Below are positions 25,901 to 39,430 of a stretch of DNA of 64,000 nt, one piece after another. Under the pieces are notes generated by a model. That model saw only the letters and a program-made list of their open reading frames with translations. It was not told the DNA's origin and did no database searches. This stretch comes from Raillietiella orientalis (Eukaryota): positions 6,758,001 to 6,822,000 of the forward strand of contig JAYWIR010000001.1 of NCBI GenBank assembly GCA_036172245.1, in the 5' to 3' direction. How positions within the stretch are numbered: the first letter of the stretch is position 1; each line of letters begins with the position of its first letter. Position numbers and translations under genes: made by a program.

Positions 25901-27699
25901 CACGTCCTTGGTACCATAATCGTGGAAGCGAGCAGAAACTGATCCCATGCACGGGTATTGTCGATCACGCTAACGGCTGAGAACTTCATTATTACATGGC
26001 GCTGCTCCAGGAGCTGGTCCTCCAGCATCCACCATAGACATTCTATCATTACTCTTCCTTAAGCCGATGCTAGCCGTTTGCACTTTCGAGAGAACATCCG
26101 GAAATGCGCACAGAGTACTTACGATCTGCAGCTACGCAGAAAATGTTTATTCTTCTAAAGTCTATGAAAATTTACTTGGAATAATGTAAAATATATACAT
26201 AAATATATGTACTGATGACTATCTATGTAGGTATGGCTATTTCTGACGATCCACATTCAGAAACTGCACGATTTCTTTTAAGTTGTTCATCTGCGCTATT
26301 AACGGTTGGGTTACAAGAGATGGTGATGATTTGCGTGTCACGTCCGGTGTATAGGAGGGATGTACGTACTATTTATGATTCTTTGTGTTTTTTTTTTTTT
26401 TTTTTCCTGTCGACGAAACTAACCGCACTGCTCAAGAAGATTAGAAACCAAAAGTTCCGGACTTTATTGCTTACCAATTCCTTGATAGCCAGCGCAACAT
26501 GTTCTGAAATTGATTTCGAATCTTGTCTTGAGCTCAAAGTTCAAGGCCGTCTATAAGGAAGCCTTGAGCCAGTGTAGGGTGCCTCCTAAGGGTACATTTT
26601 CAGAATGCGCACCGAAGCTGGAACGCGAATCGAGCGTATTTCGTTTGAATTCGGAAATTTTCGACGAAAGAGTGAAACTCCGAAATGGTGGTGGAGTGTC
26701 GAGACATATCGGTCCGGCTCAGCAACAGTTTTGATTCCAATGCTCATGGTGCATGAACACTTCTACCGGTGATGGAAGTGCACGGATCAGTGTATTTCAT
26801 CGAGCACCCGGGCTGAAAGTAATCCAAAAATCAATTCATGGAGAATCCTTTGATCGAGAAGTTAAGGCGAGAAGATCAGACGAAGAAGAAAGCGCAGACA
26901 GTTCTTAAATCTGTCCCCGAGGATGCATTCCCCAACATGCAGTCCGTTCACAGAAGGCCACCCTGCAAACCAGGTCAGCAATCTGACTTCACCTGACTTG
27001 CCAAGCGTTCTAGAACCATGGAAAGCTCGCTTCCCCGCTGCTCTTCACCTTTCAGCTTCGTATGAGGTAGGAGTAGTCAGCAAGTGGAGTTGGTTCTTGC
27101 TACACCGGCGCGCTTCCCGATCGTTGCCTTCCTTCGTGCCGTCGACAAAGGCGTTCCCGATTTTATCCCTCTACTGCGAGTTGTGGGAAGGACGCTGGAG
27201 AACTCCGGAACGGAAAACTTAAAATCAAACAGGCATATTCAGCGTTCTCGTTGCGAGAAAGAAATGCTCTGTGAAAACAAACGAGCCACCTCCCGTCGGA
27301 CCAGTGCTTAAATTTACGTCGTACGTTGTCTCCAGCAAGCATTCGCAACGCAAGAAAGGATAAAAGGGGGGGGGAATGGCTCTTTTCCAAGGGTGCCACA
27401 ACAAGTTTCATCCACTCTTAAGCTGTCGAAACAGTCGGGAGCAGCATTTTATTTCACAGGATCCCTGAGTAGATACTGAAAACAAGGACGGCTATTTATG
27501 AATTTTTTATACAGGAAACTCTTATGTGTAAACTCAACAGCATTACCTATGCAACAAAATGATCCTTCGGGCTGTTTGTCTTCTGTTATGTTGCTACCAC
27601 GCGTGAGTTTGAAAACAGAGGCCCCCCATCAGAGCAGAAAGTTCAGGTTCTCTTCGAGAGCATTCGAAAACTATTAGGCATCCAACTGTTACTATAAGG

Positions 27700-28400
27700 A
27701 AAAAATCACTGCTAAAGTGCTCTTCTCTATTTTCGGAGCATGCTTGATAGGATTCCATTGTTCCGATCTTGGAATTGATTCATCCTGTCTTGGAACCCTC
27801 TCCATCTTAGCTGCTGACTCTCGTTACTAAAAGCTCCTTCGCTTTTAACCTCTGCTCTTTCTTCTCAGTCTTATTTTGCGAGACAATGCGAACTCGATGG
27901 TCCATCTGTGATTCTGAAAGGAGAACCAAAAACAGGAAAAAAAAAAAGGAGAACCATAAGAATGGTCATTTGGCTCCAGTTTTTTGATGGTCTTCATCAG
28001 ATGGTGCCACGTTTCTTTTAATTTCTACCATAAACTTTCACCATTTATTCTCGTTGGATCAGTTCCCACAAGGACCGGGGATAGATCTTTAGACTGACTT
28101 CCCTTAATCTTCCTCGCAAATAATCAGTAAATTCAGAAGCATTGCCCGTGGGCGCTGGCCACGTAGATTTCTGAATTGGGATCTTCAAAACTCTCGATTT
28201 TGGAAGGTTTCAAGAAGCGATTTGAAACGAGGATGGAATTGAGGGGCAACTGAGGCCTGCAACAGCAAAACAGTTGCATACTATCCTGGAATCCAGAGCG
28301 TCCATTCTCGCGGGATGAGAATCGTTTGATCATCGAAGCAGACCTGGTTTAGAGCCCACGCCGACAATCAAAGAACAAGTCCAGAAGATGGGAAGGGGAC
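27700..28400 (-). mobile_element. decayed LINE endonuclease-linker fragment
   Basis: RSLWELIQRE*MVKVY resembles the post-EN WExxKxxIR..Y linker. Confidence 0.3.
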
Positions 28401-28437
28401 ATTAAGACGATTTCAAGATGCAAAGCCCGTTGACGTT

Positions 28438-29185
28438 ACTTGCAGCATGGTACACACTTGACCATGCAGAACAGTGCACACTCCAACTTGCAGCGCAATA
28501 CATGCTGGAATTTACGGTACAGTACACGCTCGAACTTGACTTGATAAGTTTTTGGAAGCGGTGCAGCATTCACCTCTCTGTCCGTGGAAGACATGAAGAA
28601 TGTCCGCGAAAGAAGAAGAAACTTTCGTACATGCATGCACGTTGCCGTACGTGTACATTCCGGCATAGGCAAGCCATCGCGAGCGAGTGCGGCCGTTCGC
28701 AGATGCAGGCGGCACGGTCATTCGGTTCGGTCCTGTCCGTTCCTGCAGGCGAGCGGCTCGAAGGAGCCCGGCGGTAGCGCAGGTCTTTCTTGGAGGTGCG
28801 TTGGTGCCAGCGGGCAGGCAGCAAGGGACCACCCCATCCCGGACGCCGGTGCAGCGGCTCGCAAGAGTCCCCGCGTGACAGATGCAAAGCACCTCGCTCG
28901 GATGGCCAGTGGCGGCAGGCAAACTCGGCCGTCGCTGGGCGAAGAGAAGCGGTCGCTGTCACCCCGCGGAAGGGTGCCGGAAGGAGGTCGCGGCGGGCGG
29001 CGCAGGATGGAGAGAGCTCGCGGTGGCGTTGGCTGGTCGGTGAGGATGACGTGAGGGATCGAAAGTCGCTTAGGTCATCGTTCCCTTACGGAGTTCGGCA
29101 AGGGGCGTGTCCGCGTGGAGCAACGCGCCCAAGTGTGCGCGCGGTGGGCACTCGCGACGGGGTCCGAAACGCGATTCGTTTCCAC
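28438..29185. mobile_element. young interspersed repeat, copy 2
   Basis: Same orientation as 15129-15790; three substitutions seen by eye over the first ~550 bp. Confidence 0.9.
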
Positions 29186-29199
29186 AGATAGGTTGTCCA

Positions 29200-32100
29200 T
29201 CGCTGCTCCTTAGAGTTTCGAAGCAGGGAGGTGACCACCCGAGTGTCCTCCTTCTGGTGAAATGAAGGCGGAAAATTCCAAAGGAGCGACCAAAAAAGCA
29301 GCAGCCGGTTTACCGCTCGCCACGTAAATCGAAGATTCCTCTGTACCCTCCTCTGAGTGACTCCGTCCTCCAAGATCGGCCGCTGTTGTGGGGTCTTCTC
29401 GGAGACCTCGAACGCGCGGGAGATTGCCTCGGGGGCTGCCGCCAGGTTCCGCTCTCCCCTGGTTCGCATCAGCAGCACCTCTCACGGCAGCGCGTGCAAA
29501 AGCGCTAACGGACGATCTCGGCCGCTGCCCAACGCACGCAGAGCCGCAAACGAGCGAAAGGGATGGTGCCGTTCTCGAGCCACTTCGCCATCGGCCTCCT
29601 CTTTTTGCTCACTCTTCCGGCAGGGAGCGGGGAACCATCCGCCCGTTGTCCCTTCTCGGCCTCTGTGCACTTTCGGCAATTTTCCCGAATGATCCTGAGA
29701 GTACTCATCAGGGGTCAGGCCCGTTCCATCTCCCCCTTCCCTCTCTTTTTCTTCCGAACACGTCTTCCCGCGCCTGAGACGAGGAGGGAAGGTTATTCCC
29801 TCATTTGGACTTCCGTTCATGCTAGCGCTCTCCCTTCCTCGCTCCTGTGATGGTTCGCCTTTGACCCAGCGTCTCCTGGGGACTCCGACGGGAACGCACG
29901 CCGACGGGGACACCACCCGTAGAAACTCTCCGGGCAAGCTCTTACCCCTTCTGTGCACCCCGAAGAAACCGCTAGTGCCGATGTCTTCACCGGGTTTTTC
30001 CAAACAGCCGGTTGCGGTGAAGACGTCGGTAGCAGGAAATCCGCGCGAGTGGGGGAGAGGACCTTAAGGATCTGCGACGCGACAAGGGTGAGAGCAGGGA
30101 AGCGGGCACACGTCGGCAACACATCCCGGCGTTTCCGCGTCCTCCCGGAGGATCGGGAAGGGAGGAAGGGAAGACGCTGGGGAGCCTCCGTCCGAAGACC
30201 GGAGGCGACGGCAGATGGATCCTCTCGAGTTTTGAGATCACCAACGCACGGTCCTTCGTCTCCGTCCCCCTTCACGGATCTCCCCCTCTTCTTCCTGCAG
30301 TGTTCCCTCACCTCCCGAGTCTCGATCTTTCGCTTGAGATTCCCCTCCTTCCTCTCGTCAGAGCAGCTCTCCATCCACCGCGCTCCGTGGTCCTCGGACG
30401 AAGTTGAACCAGATGCAGGCAATGGGACATCAACTCCCGGCTCTTTCCTTTAACTGCTCCTGCGTTCGAATGGGACTCTTTCTCGAGTGCATCTCCCGCT
30501 CCTGAGGACAGAGAACAAATGCTGGGGAGGGGAAGAAAGAAGACATGCCGGGAATCAATCACGGCACGCAGATTTGCAGCATATTTCATCCTCCGATCGT
30601 TGCTGGGGGGATCGCCATTTGCTTCCAGTGCGAGCGCGCACTCGGCCGGTGCCCCTTGGAGGAAGTTCGTCGAAACTCCCTCCGTCGAGGGAGATGAGCA
30701 GATTACAGCTTCGTTCCCTGTACCTTGATTGAGAAGGGAATGCCGTGAGAGCGCGGTCCCCCTGCACAAAACACGCTGCAATTCTGCCAGCATTCTTAGG
30801 CCGTCATCTTTTCCCTGACACAGTCAATCTCCGGAAGACAGCGGAAGCACATCCTGCTTCAGTTCTGAGATAATTTGGCTTTTCCTACTTCTCCCTTTCT
30901 CCCTCCTCTTCTTCCTCTTCCTTTTCCCACTCCTTCTCCTCATCCTCGTCCTCTTCCTCCTCCCTTCCTTCTCCTCTTCCTCTTCTTCTTCCTTTCCTCC
31001 TCTTCCTCCTTTCCCAGTCTTCATTACCCTCCTTCCTTCCCCCTCCCTTCCTACTCCTCTTGTTTTCCAATGGTGCGAGTGGTGGTTGTGCTTCCCACAA
31101 TCATCTCTGTCCTCCTCTTTCCAGCGTTCTGTTACACGAATTTCCGGGACGGTTCATCCTCCTTCCAGGGAAGCGGGAAGATAAAGATCCGGCGCTCTCC
31201 AGAACTGGTAAAAGTGACTGGAGAAGATGAAGAGATGGGTGGGGTCCTATGCGGAGTTGTTTGGCTGCAAGGGGTAGGAGTACTTTCGTAAGTGTGACCT
31301 GGAGATTCCCCTGAGCCCCCCCAAGGAAAGCTACCCGAGGTCGAGAACGCTCTTCGACCGACCTGTGCGGGTTGTGGCGCAAATCCTCCGCCCCTGGGCA
31401 CCGAAAGTGCACAGCGGCTCACAGCGATGAGGTGAAGGCGATCTCGCTGCGGCGCGGTCCAGGAAGAAGAAGAAAGGTCGTCTTTCTGTCCATAGGAACA
31501 TCTCAAACCCCTCCTAGATCCCCACCAATCGGATGCATCGATCCTGGCCGGAAGAGCTTCCCACGCGGGCTTCAGAGGTGCAGAGCCGGTAATCCTCCTC
31601 GTAAACTCTGTATCTACGCCGGCAGCACCCCCGAAAGCACTTACATCAGCGGAGTGTCCCATGGAAACGGCGACGCGCGCGAACGTCTGAAACCTCAAAC
31701 CGTCCGCCCCACGCGCACCCCTCCCCTCGGACGAGACTTTCGTGATGCCTTCCCTCACCTTTTCCGTGGCACAGGGGATGCCGAAATTCGGGGGTGGTGC
31801 TCAGGGGGTGGGGCGTTCGTGCAGGGGGAAGCAGCTCAAACAGTGGTCCATCGCAGCTTCCTCTCCCTTCCCTTCCCTGTCAGCTCGGGACGTCCTTGTT
31901 CCCGAGCGGGCACTTTTTGGGGATGCGCTTTCGGTTTCCCGCTGATGCTGCCCTTCTGGACTGTTCCTCGGTTCCGGGAGGGGTTGCGGAGATGGACCGT
32001 TCGCTATTCTTCGAGCAGAGGAATCCGCGAGACCCACCTCCTCACCTTTTGCCCACTGCCGAAACCGCACGCTGCCCACGTGCCTCCCGCGTGCTGCAGA

Positions 32101-33200
32101 CCTGCGTCGAGGCGCACAGATCGCCGCCGTGCATCTCCCCGGCGACAGGCTGCATCCTCCGCCTGGCAGTGGAAGCCTCCAGGCGGAGGATAGCTTCCCG
32201 AAACATCCGAGAGACTGCCGAGGGACCGGAATGTCCGCGATGCCCTCCGCAACGGCGACGCACGTGCTCGTCGGTCGCCTCGCGACGCGCGCTCCATCCG
32301 GCGAGCTGAAGATGCGGAAGGCAGGGGAGAGAGGAGCGGGTCTGCAGTGCAGCAACTGTAGGCTTCCGTTGCCCCACAGTCCGGGATTCTCCATCTGCTT
32401 TCCCGCTCTCCCGGAACGGACGGACAGCTCTGCTTCCCGCGCCCTCGGCTCCGGTGCTTCTCTTCCCCCTCTCGCGCTCCCGTTTTTTTCTTTCCTGTCC
32501 TCCTCCTCGTCTTCTTCGTCCTCCTTTTCCGCCCGCCGGATCCCCTCCGTCGTCGAGTCGGTCCTCGCGCCGGGAAAAAATGGGATGGGTTCCCGGCTCG
32601 TCCTTCCCGCTTCCATCGCGCGCGCGCGCACGCACTGCGGGGCCGCACACGCCGAGCGGCTGGACCGTGCCTCCTGCCGGCGCCGGTGACGTCACCCCGC
32701 GACGAAGAATCGCCCGAGACTCCCCCGTCCACTCTCCTCGTGCTCTGAGCCCGCCTCTGCCGAGATTCCGCGCTCTGTCGTTCCTGTGCACGCGGGTGCC
32801 TCACCACGCTGACACCCTTCTCCACCCTTTTCCTAGATCGGAAGGGAAGGGGGAGCGGCTCCGACTTTCCTGTTCCGCGTGAAGGGTACCCGGAACCTGT
32901 CCTTCCCGCCCTTGCTGTCTGCCTTCCCCCTTTGGTTGCTCCCAACGTCGCCACTTCCTTCTCCTGCTACAGCCTCCCCCCTTCCTTTTTTGTTGTTTTC
33001 CTGAGGGAGAGACCAAGAGAATCTGGGAACGAACCCGCCTCTTCGTTCCTGAACCACAACAGGTAGGCAGTGGGCTGTCTGGGCCGGCTGCCTCCAATGA
33101 AGGGAAGGTGCTCCCTTCTCCCGCCGAAAAGGGGAGTTCTTAGGGGAAGGCAGCTCTGCAAAGAGAGACATGCCCCCTCTCCCCTCTCCCATCCGAGTGC
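29200..33200 (+). mobile_element. decayed LINE mosaic (EN, C-term, pyrimidine tract, EN, RT)
   Basis: SKIGR; C-terminal DNA similarity to 53800-53900; CT-rich tract 30880-31060; GVVWLQG, ILAG, SRGIRE. Confidence 0.5.
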
Positions 33201-33299
33201 GTCCTCTGACAGTACTCCTCCCTTCGGCGAAGGCGGACTGGTCGTCGGGCTATCCTAGAACGACCAGAGGGTCTAGAACCAGGTCTTTATCTACCTGAT

Positions 33300-36200
33300 C
33301 GGGGAGACCCCATGAACGACCCGGGGACGAGGAGGAACCGGACTCCCGCCTTGCTCCAGGGCTTGGGAACTTCCCCGAGACGCCCCACTCGCGCCTCCTC
33401 GGGACCGGGTTTTCTCCACAATCATCCGCGGTCCTTCCTCTTCCTCAACCTCTTGGGATGCCTCTCTGCTGGAATCTATATCCGGGGAATCGCGGTTTCC
33501 CTTTGCCTCCCCACCTCTCGTTCGCGTCCTCGCTGCCACGCCAGCAGCTCCATCTGCAGCGTGGCGGCCTTTCTCCTCCTGCTGGAGGTGCCCGCTCCTG
33601 GGGCCACGTGGTACCGCCAGGCGTCGCCGGTTCCAATCCCCCCGGGGGAAAGAATCCACGCTGGAGAAACGAGTGCGTCGCGAGTTTGAGTTCCCCCTTC
33701 AGGATGACTCTAGTTGCCCCACAATCGGATGCGGCAGCACTCGTAGACGCCCCTAAAAACCAGATGCCCCCCATGGGTGGTCGAGATCAGGAGTAGACCC
33801 TCCGGGGTCCTTCCAAAAAACTGCTCAAATTGAACTCCCTTTGGGGTTTCCCTCCGGGTGTGAGAAAAGGGACGTCCATCTCGTACTTTGTGGAGCTGGT
33901 GGATTGCCTCTCGAGGGTGCAAGAAGAGCGCTGCTCCCTTCGAGCAGCACCCTTCAGGGAAAAACTCGGTAGCGTCTCCTCGGGATTGTCTTCGGTGGAG
34001 TGGACAGAGAGCGGCTCCTTTGCGAGTTCCCTTCGTTGAAGGAGTGAGAGGGACGGACCCCAGTTAAATGTGCCTTTTCCTCTTGCACCCACTGTTTCTG
34101 GTCCCCACTGACAGTGGGCGCCGTCGGCCTTGCTAGGGGGAGGGGGGCGGAAAGCATCTCCCGGCCGCTGCGCACGCAGTCATCCGAGTCACTCCCTCCG
34201 GCCCTCGTTCGCCTCCAGTCGTCGGAAGGGACGGGCTTTCCATCCGGAAGTCGGAGGGTGGTGATAAGTGTCCCAAGAGAGGAAGGGTCAGGAGGGGAAG
34301 CACCCGGAGAAAACCGTGGGCGGATGCGTGCGCCTGCACGGTGCCTCCTTTTCGCCCGGCCCGGAACAGTGCACCTTCCCTCGGGCATTTTCGCGCGGCA
34401 CTCCCAGCTAGTTCCGGCCCGAGGCAGGAGGGGCCCCGCAGCAGGGCAACAAGGTCGATCCAAGACTGCTTCCAAGGGATGGCGTGTGCTGGATAACGGC
34501 GACTTCCCCGTTTCTTCCATGGGAACCGACCCCGCGTCCAGCTCCAGCCGGCCCGGAAGGATGCATCACAGGAGGAGGGTTTCTCGGCTCGCGGTGTTCT
34601 TCGGGCGGGAAACCCGGATCTTCGAGGAGGAACCCCCGTCGGCGTGAGTGCCAAGTGGAGCCACGGCCTACCCACCGTGGCAGGCGTTGTCATGCCACGG
34701 CGGGGGCGCTCCTGCCCGAAGGGCGATCCTTCGAGGGAGCTATGAACACTTCCTCTCGGAGCGGCTGCAAGAAAAATAATTGTACGCAAACGAAAGAAGT
34801 AGGAAGAAACGGCGATGCCGATTTGCTGGGGCTGCAGCTTCCGTGAAAGGAAGCCAGCAGGACTCTGAAAGGAGACAGGGGGAGGGAGGGGCACCTCTCA
34901 ACACGCTGGCAACGCTTCCCGCAGATGGGACGCCTGGATCGATGCTCTCTCTTCCTCCTCCTGCATCCATCCAGATTGATGATGTAGAGACGGTCGAGTT
35001 TCCAAGGGAACAAAAAAACGTGGCAGCGCTGCGTACTCCGGCCTTCGCTTTCCCTGTTAACGCCCGGGATCGTTTCTGGAGCCAGCGGGCCTCCACCGCG
35101 ATCCCACCACGAGCGGCTTTCTGCCCACGCCGAAAAGCAGTCACCGGAGTGTCGCCAAGGCATCGTTGCACCTCCAACGGAAGGGAGCGCATCGCGTTAT
35201 GCGTTTGAGGTGTTCTCCGTGTCGCCCCCACCCTTCCTCGATCCCACGAACGCTTTGTTGCCCCGGAACGCGGAAGTCATTTGGAGTCGTGGAACGGATG
35301 CCTCCCGTCGATCCTCGGGCACGTTCCCATTTCCTTATTGGTCAGTGCTACTTCTGCCGTAGCAGCTTCCCGTCACATGTCTCTGCGACTCCTTTTCTTA
35401 CGGACTCGCCCCAAGTTGCACTCAATGCTCAGCGAAACGGCGGCGCTCGGGGTTGCCCCACTCTGGTCTCTTCAGCAAGACGCCGAAGAATCCTTTTCAG
35501 TCGCGGCCGGATGCGCCCCTGAATCCCATTCCTCGTTCGCCAGACGCGCTCTGCGATTCCATTCCCAAATGTTTTGTTTTTCGAGGGAGCTTCAGCGTGC
35601 TTCCAGATATATATATATATATTTGCCTTTGAACTTTCTGCTGTCCTCTGGTCTTTGCGAGATTGGCCCGTCAATCCCGTACTTCTGATGGCTCGGTTTT
35701 CTTCCCCCATGTTGGCGCTGTTAGCCTCCTACACAAGCCGAACTCGCTTCGACTTGTTCTTCCAGCCAAACGGAAGGTCTGTTCTTCTTTGAAGCTCCTC
35801 GCTAACCGGCAAGTCCGGAAGAAAAGGCCAGAGACCGTCTTCAAGGACTAGTGTTGCGCTCCATCATCCCTACGTTTCGTAGACGAAATGCACTGGGATG
35901 AAAAGGATGGTGTTCAAGCTATCTCGTGAAAAGATGCACGATGGATGTTGGGCGGCAGCGCTCTGAAATCCCCTCGTTCTCGAAGTTGCTTCGGGCTCCT
36001 TAAGCAGCAAAGAATCTACTTCTGCGTTGCTAGTGGCACCAGCCTCATCAACGCCTCGCGACAGCTGCGTCAAAGAAATCTAACCACCACCACGCTCTTG
36101 TAAGTTCGACATCTTCCTACATGGATAACGCAGGTGTTGCATGGCGGACACCAACACTTCGCAGAGCGGGACTCTTCCTAAGAGTCACTAAGCAGGTTTT

Positions 36201-36600
36201 CGGTGTCTGCGTGCTCACGGGTGGTGACGGCCGCTCAGACGCTCCGCTCGGCATTACCGGAGGTGATGTGCAAGTGACGTGATTTCTCCGACAGCGATGC
36301 AGAGACCAAGAAACGCTGCTCACTTGAGATAGTGGAAACCATCTTGAGGTCATCCAGTCTCTGTGCACGACGAAAAGTCAAGTGGGACGCATGGAATCGA
36401 ATGAAAAAGTAGAGGGAGGGGGTATGATTTTCTGTGCTGCGGAGAATCCAGGAAGATTCACAAAGTCGATGTTCCTGCACAGGAATCTTTCCGGAAAGTG
36501 CCGACGAGACACGGGTTCCCGAAAACGAAGGAGAGCTGACGTAGCGATAATGTGGGGGGGGGAGGGGATGCTGATAAGAAAACCCACAAGCAGAGCAAAC
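33300..36600. mobile_element. decayed LINE mosaic in both orientations
   Basis: 33830-34050 resembles 52680-52990 (thumb); - strand zf, C-term and EN at 35250-34300; + strand GITGGDV near 36250. Confidence 0.45.
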
Positions 36601-38319
36601 AATCTCCCGAGGTGCGGCACGACTATCACAGAGTGATCCCGAGTGCATCGCGACTGAGCGGCAGTTATTGCTTCTGGTTGGCGTGTGTCGATCCATAGCA
36701 ACAGCTTGAATATTGGAACGCGAAGGAAAAGAACGGTTCTGCGTAAATTCGTGATGGGTGGAAGAACACATGCAACGACATTCCCTGCCAGCTCGTCTGA
36801 AGTCAAAATGAAGCTGGTATTCGATTTAAGAATCGAAAATGGCATGGACACTCGTTTCCGGAGCAGCATTTTCTGGCTGCCTCACTTTGCAGGGGAAAAA
36901 AAATGAAAATTGTGCCCAGCGATGCTTGCGACATTGCTCACTGCTGCTCGGTTTCGACCGAAAGGAAGATGCCAGGAACAGAAGACGATCAAGAAATTCT
37001 GGGACGATCCGTCAGTGCGTTACTTTAGATGCCTCTAAACATGCGCATCCTTTAATTCAGATGGAAGGATATCGCTTATCGGATCTAGGATTTAACAGCA
37101 TTAACAAATTAATGAATATTTATTGATAGGTATTCAATATCATTGGGCTCAACTGGAATCTGTGCTGACAGTCAAGTGAATCGGACTAATTGAGTAGGTC
37201 AGAAAGACTTATCATGAATGCATGATGGAGCAGCGAAAAATACCAATAATTTTTCCCAGATAAGGAAACCATTGGATGCCATTAGGCATCTGGATGAAGA
37301 CGTGATTATTAGCTGCATGAGAGGTTTCTGTTTCGACTCGGGAAACTTCGGACTCATCCAGAGGGATTTTGAGTTGTCAGAACGTGTAGACCGACAGCAT
37401 TGTGAATGCGTGTTCTCCCAGTGTTCTCATAAATGGGACTCCCGTGAGCCTCTTCTTCCTCTTTTGGAGTCCAAGATAGACAAGGAAGCTTCTGCAACCA
37501 GAATCAAGTGAAGGATGTGAGCCGATGATCCAGTGAGAAATTAGCTTTCCCTTTTTCACATGCCTGTAATTGGAAGCGCATCTTCATCTGATGAACCCTC
37601 TATCTTGCTCTCGAGGAATTTTTTGTATCAGGGTTTTAGCAAATGACTTCTTGTAGAGAGTTTTCCCCGAATCGAGCCGACTGGGGCATAAAGAATACGT
37701 TGTGTCGACTTTGTCCCTATTTCGTGGAAGCGGCCGACATACAAGGAAGCAAAATTGGTTTGCTCGTTTTCTATAAAGTCTGTTAATCAGCTGATACTAT
37801 GAAGCGATGGTAAGCCTTTTGTTTGCTCTCTCGGGAATCGTGAATGACAGCGCAGCTGGGAAAAAAAAAAAAAAGAAAAAAGATCACGAAGCGCAATGAC
37901 TTGGGCACAAGATTATGCAACTTGTTTACCCACTGCACATCCAAAGACATGGACCAACACGCTCGCATGGACCAACGCTCCAGCAAGGACGGTCCTTTTC
38001 TCGTTTTCTGCCTCCTTGCAGATTGGATGGAGCTGCGGCCACAAAAGTTCTTGCGGCCTCTCCCAAGCACTGACAAGGACACCGACGTTGGCGAGGGACC
38101 CGTGCTCAGAATACGTGCCTGTCGTTCAAATACGTGGCCAATCAGGCCGGTCGAACTTTGTGATCCGTCTTTGCGTATCGTCTGGCGGGGGCATCCAGCA
38201 TCGAAAAATCTTCAGATCGGCAAACGGTCGGAAAGCATCTCAAAGCGTGTTGCAGACAATCACCACGGGCCGCCTACTGCTCCTCCAAGTGCTTCGTGTA
38301 GACTGCTGGTCCGTCTACG

Positions 38320-39430
38320 AAAGCTTTAGGAGGTCCTTGTACTCCTTTCCTAGGTGAAATCTCCGTTCTGCCGAAAAATGTAGGAACTCTCCCTGATCTT
38401 TCTTGCCTCCCTGGATTTGTTATTGGTCTCTAGACAAAGGGCTTTCCTTCACTTGTAATATCGACCTTCAAAGGACTTCACAGGAAGCTTGCATTGTCAA
38501 TCCTCTGAAGAGAGAGAGAAGAAAGGGGGGAAGGAGGAGGAAGCATGTTTCATTCAATTAGTCGAACCATCGAAGAATCTGCAACCGCATTTCCATCTCT
38601 GCAGGAATTTATTTTTTGCCTTGGGCAATCGCATTCGAAATATGGGAACCGTCCGCATAAAGTCTGCGAAAGTGCCACCTCCGTGATCGATAGGCAATCT
38701 CACTTGGAGAACACAATTAGGAAAAATCGGTTGGTTTCATCCCTTCGGTCAACATCAGATTATGTTCATGACTCCCTTCCTGAGTTCGTGACCTCCGTGG
38801 CCTCCTCCTTGTTTTTCATTTACGAGGGAGAATGTTATTGGTTTGCGATTTAAAGGGTGGGATCTATAAGCCAGGACACGGAGCAGATGGAGATTAATGG
38901 ATTTCTGGAACGCTTTCTCTTGGAGCGGGTAGAAAGTTGACGTTGTTGCGCAAGATCCGTGTGTGCTGATGTCGTAGGACGCTAAAGAGCACGGCACTCC
39001 GTGGTGGCTGCTACACCAAGAATGCACGACAAAGCGGTTTCTGCATAGATCTGCACGCTTCCTCATGATTGCAGCATCCTGCATGATTGAGGAGATGTTT
39101 ATCAGATTTTTTCACAAAGCTCCGTCTTACATTTCAACGATCGCCTTGCCCTCAACCCGTCGCTTGTGGAAACTATACTGCTCCTGATTAGTGCATGACT
39201 GGGTTACGTTAAGAGGATATCTTAAAGCGATGTTGAAATCTGGAAAAGTACCTGGCGAATCACGCCTTAAATTGTTCCAGCTAATGTGTTTTCCTTGGCA
39301 AAAAGAGCGCTTTGCAGGAAGAAAGGTATTTTCTTCTTCTGAAATTGGTACTGGTCCTTCTAGGAAAGCATTAGAAGGTCCTTGTACTCCTTTCCGAGGC
39401 GAAATGTCCGTTCTGCCGAAGATGTAGGAC
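38320..39430. repeat. ~70 bp direct repeat pair (38320-38390 and 39365-39430)
   Basis: Shared aggtccttgtactcctttcc.agg.gaaat.tccgttctgccgaa.atgtagga. Confidence 0.8.

Noticed and set aside
37205-37720. - strand frame with DSGKTLYKK, a Walker A-like motif
   Set aside because: Contains stops, is not a proper GxxxxGK[ST] motif, and has no supporting motifs
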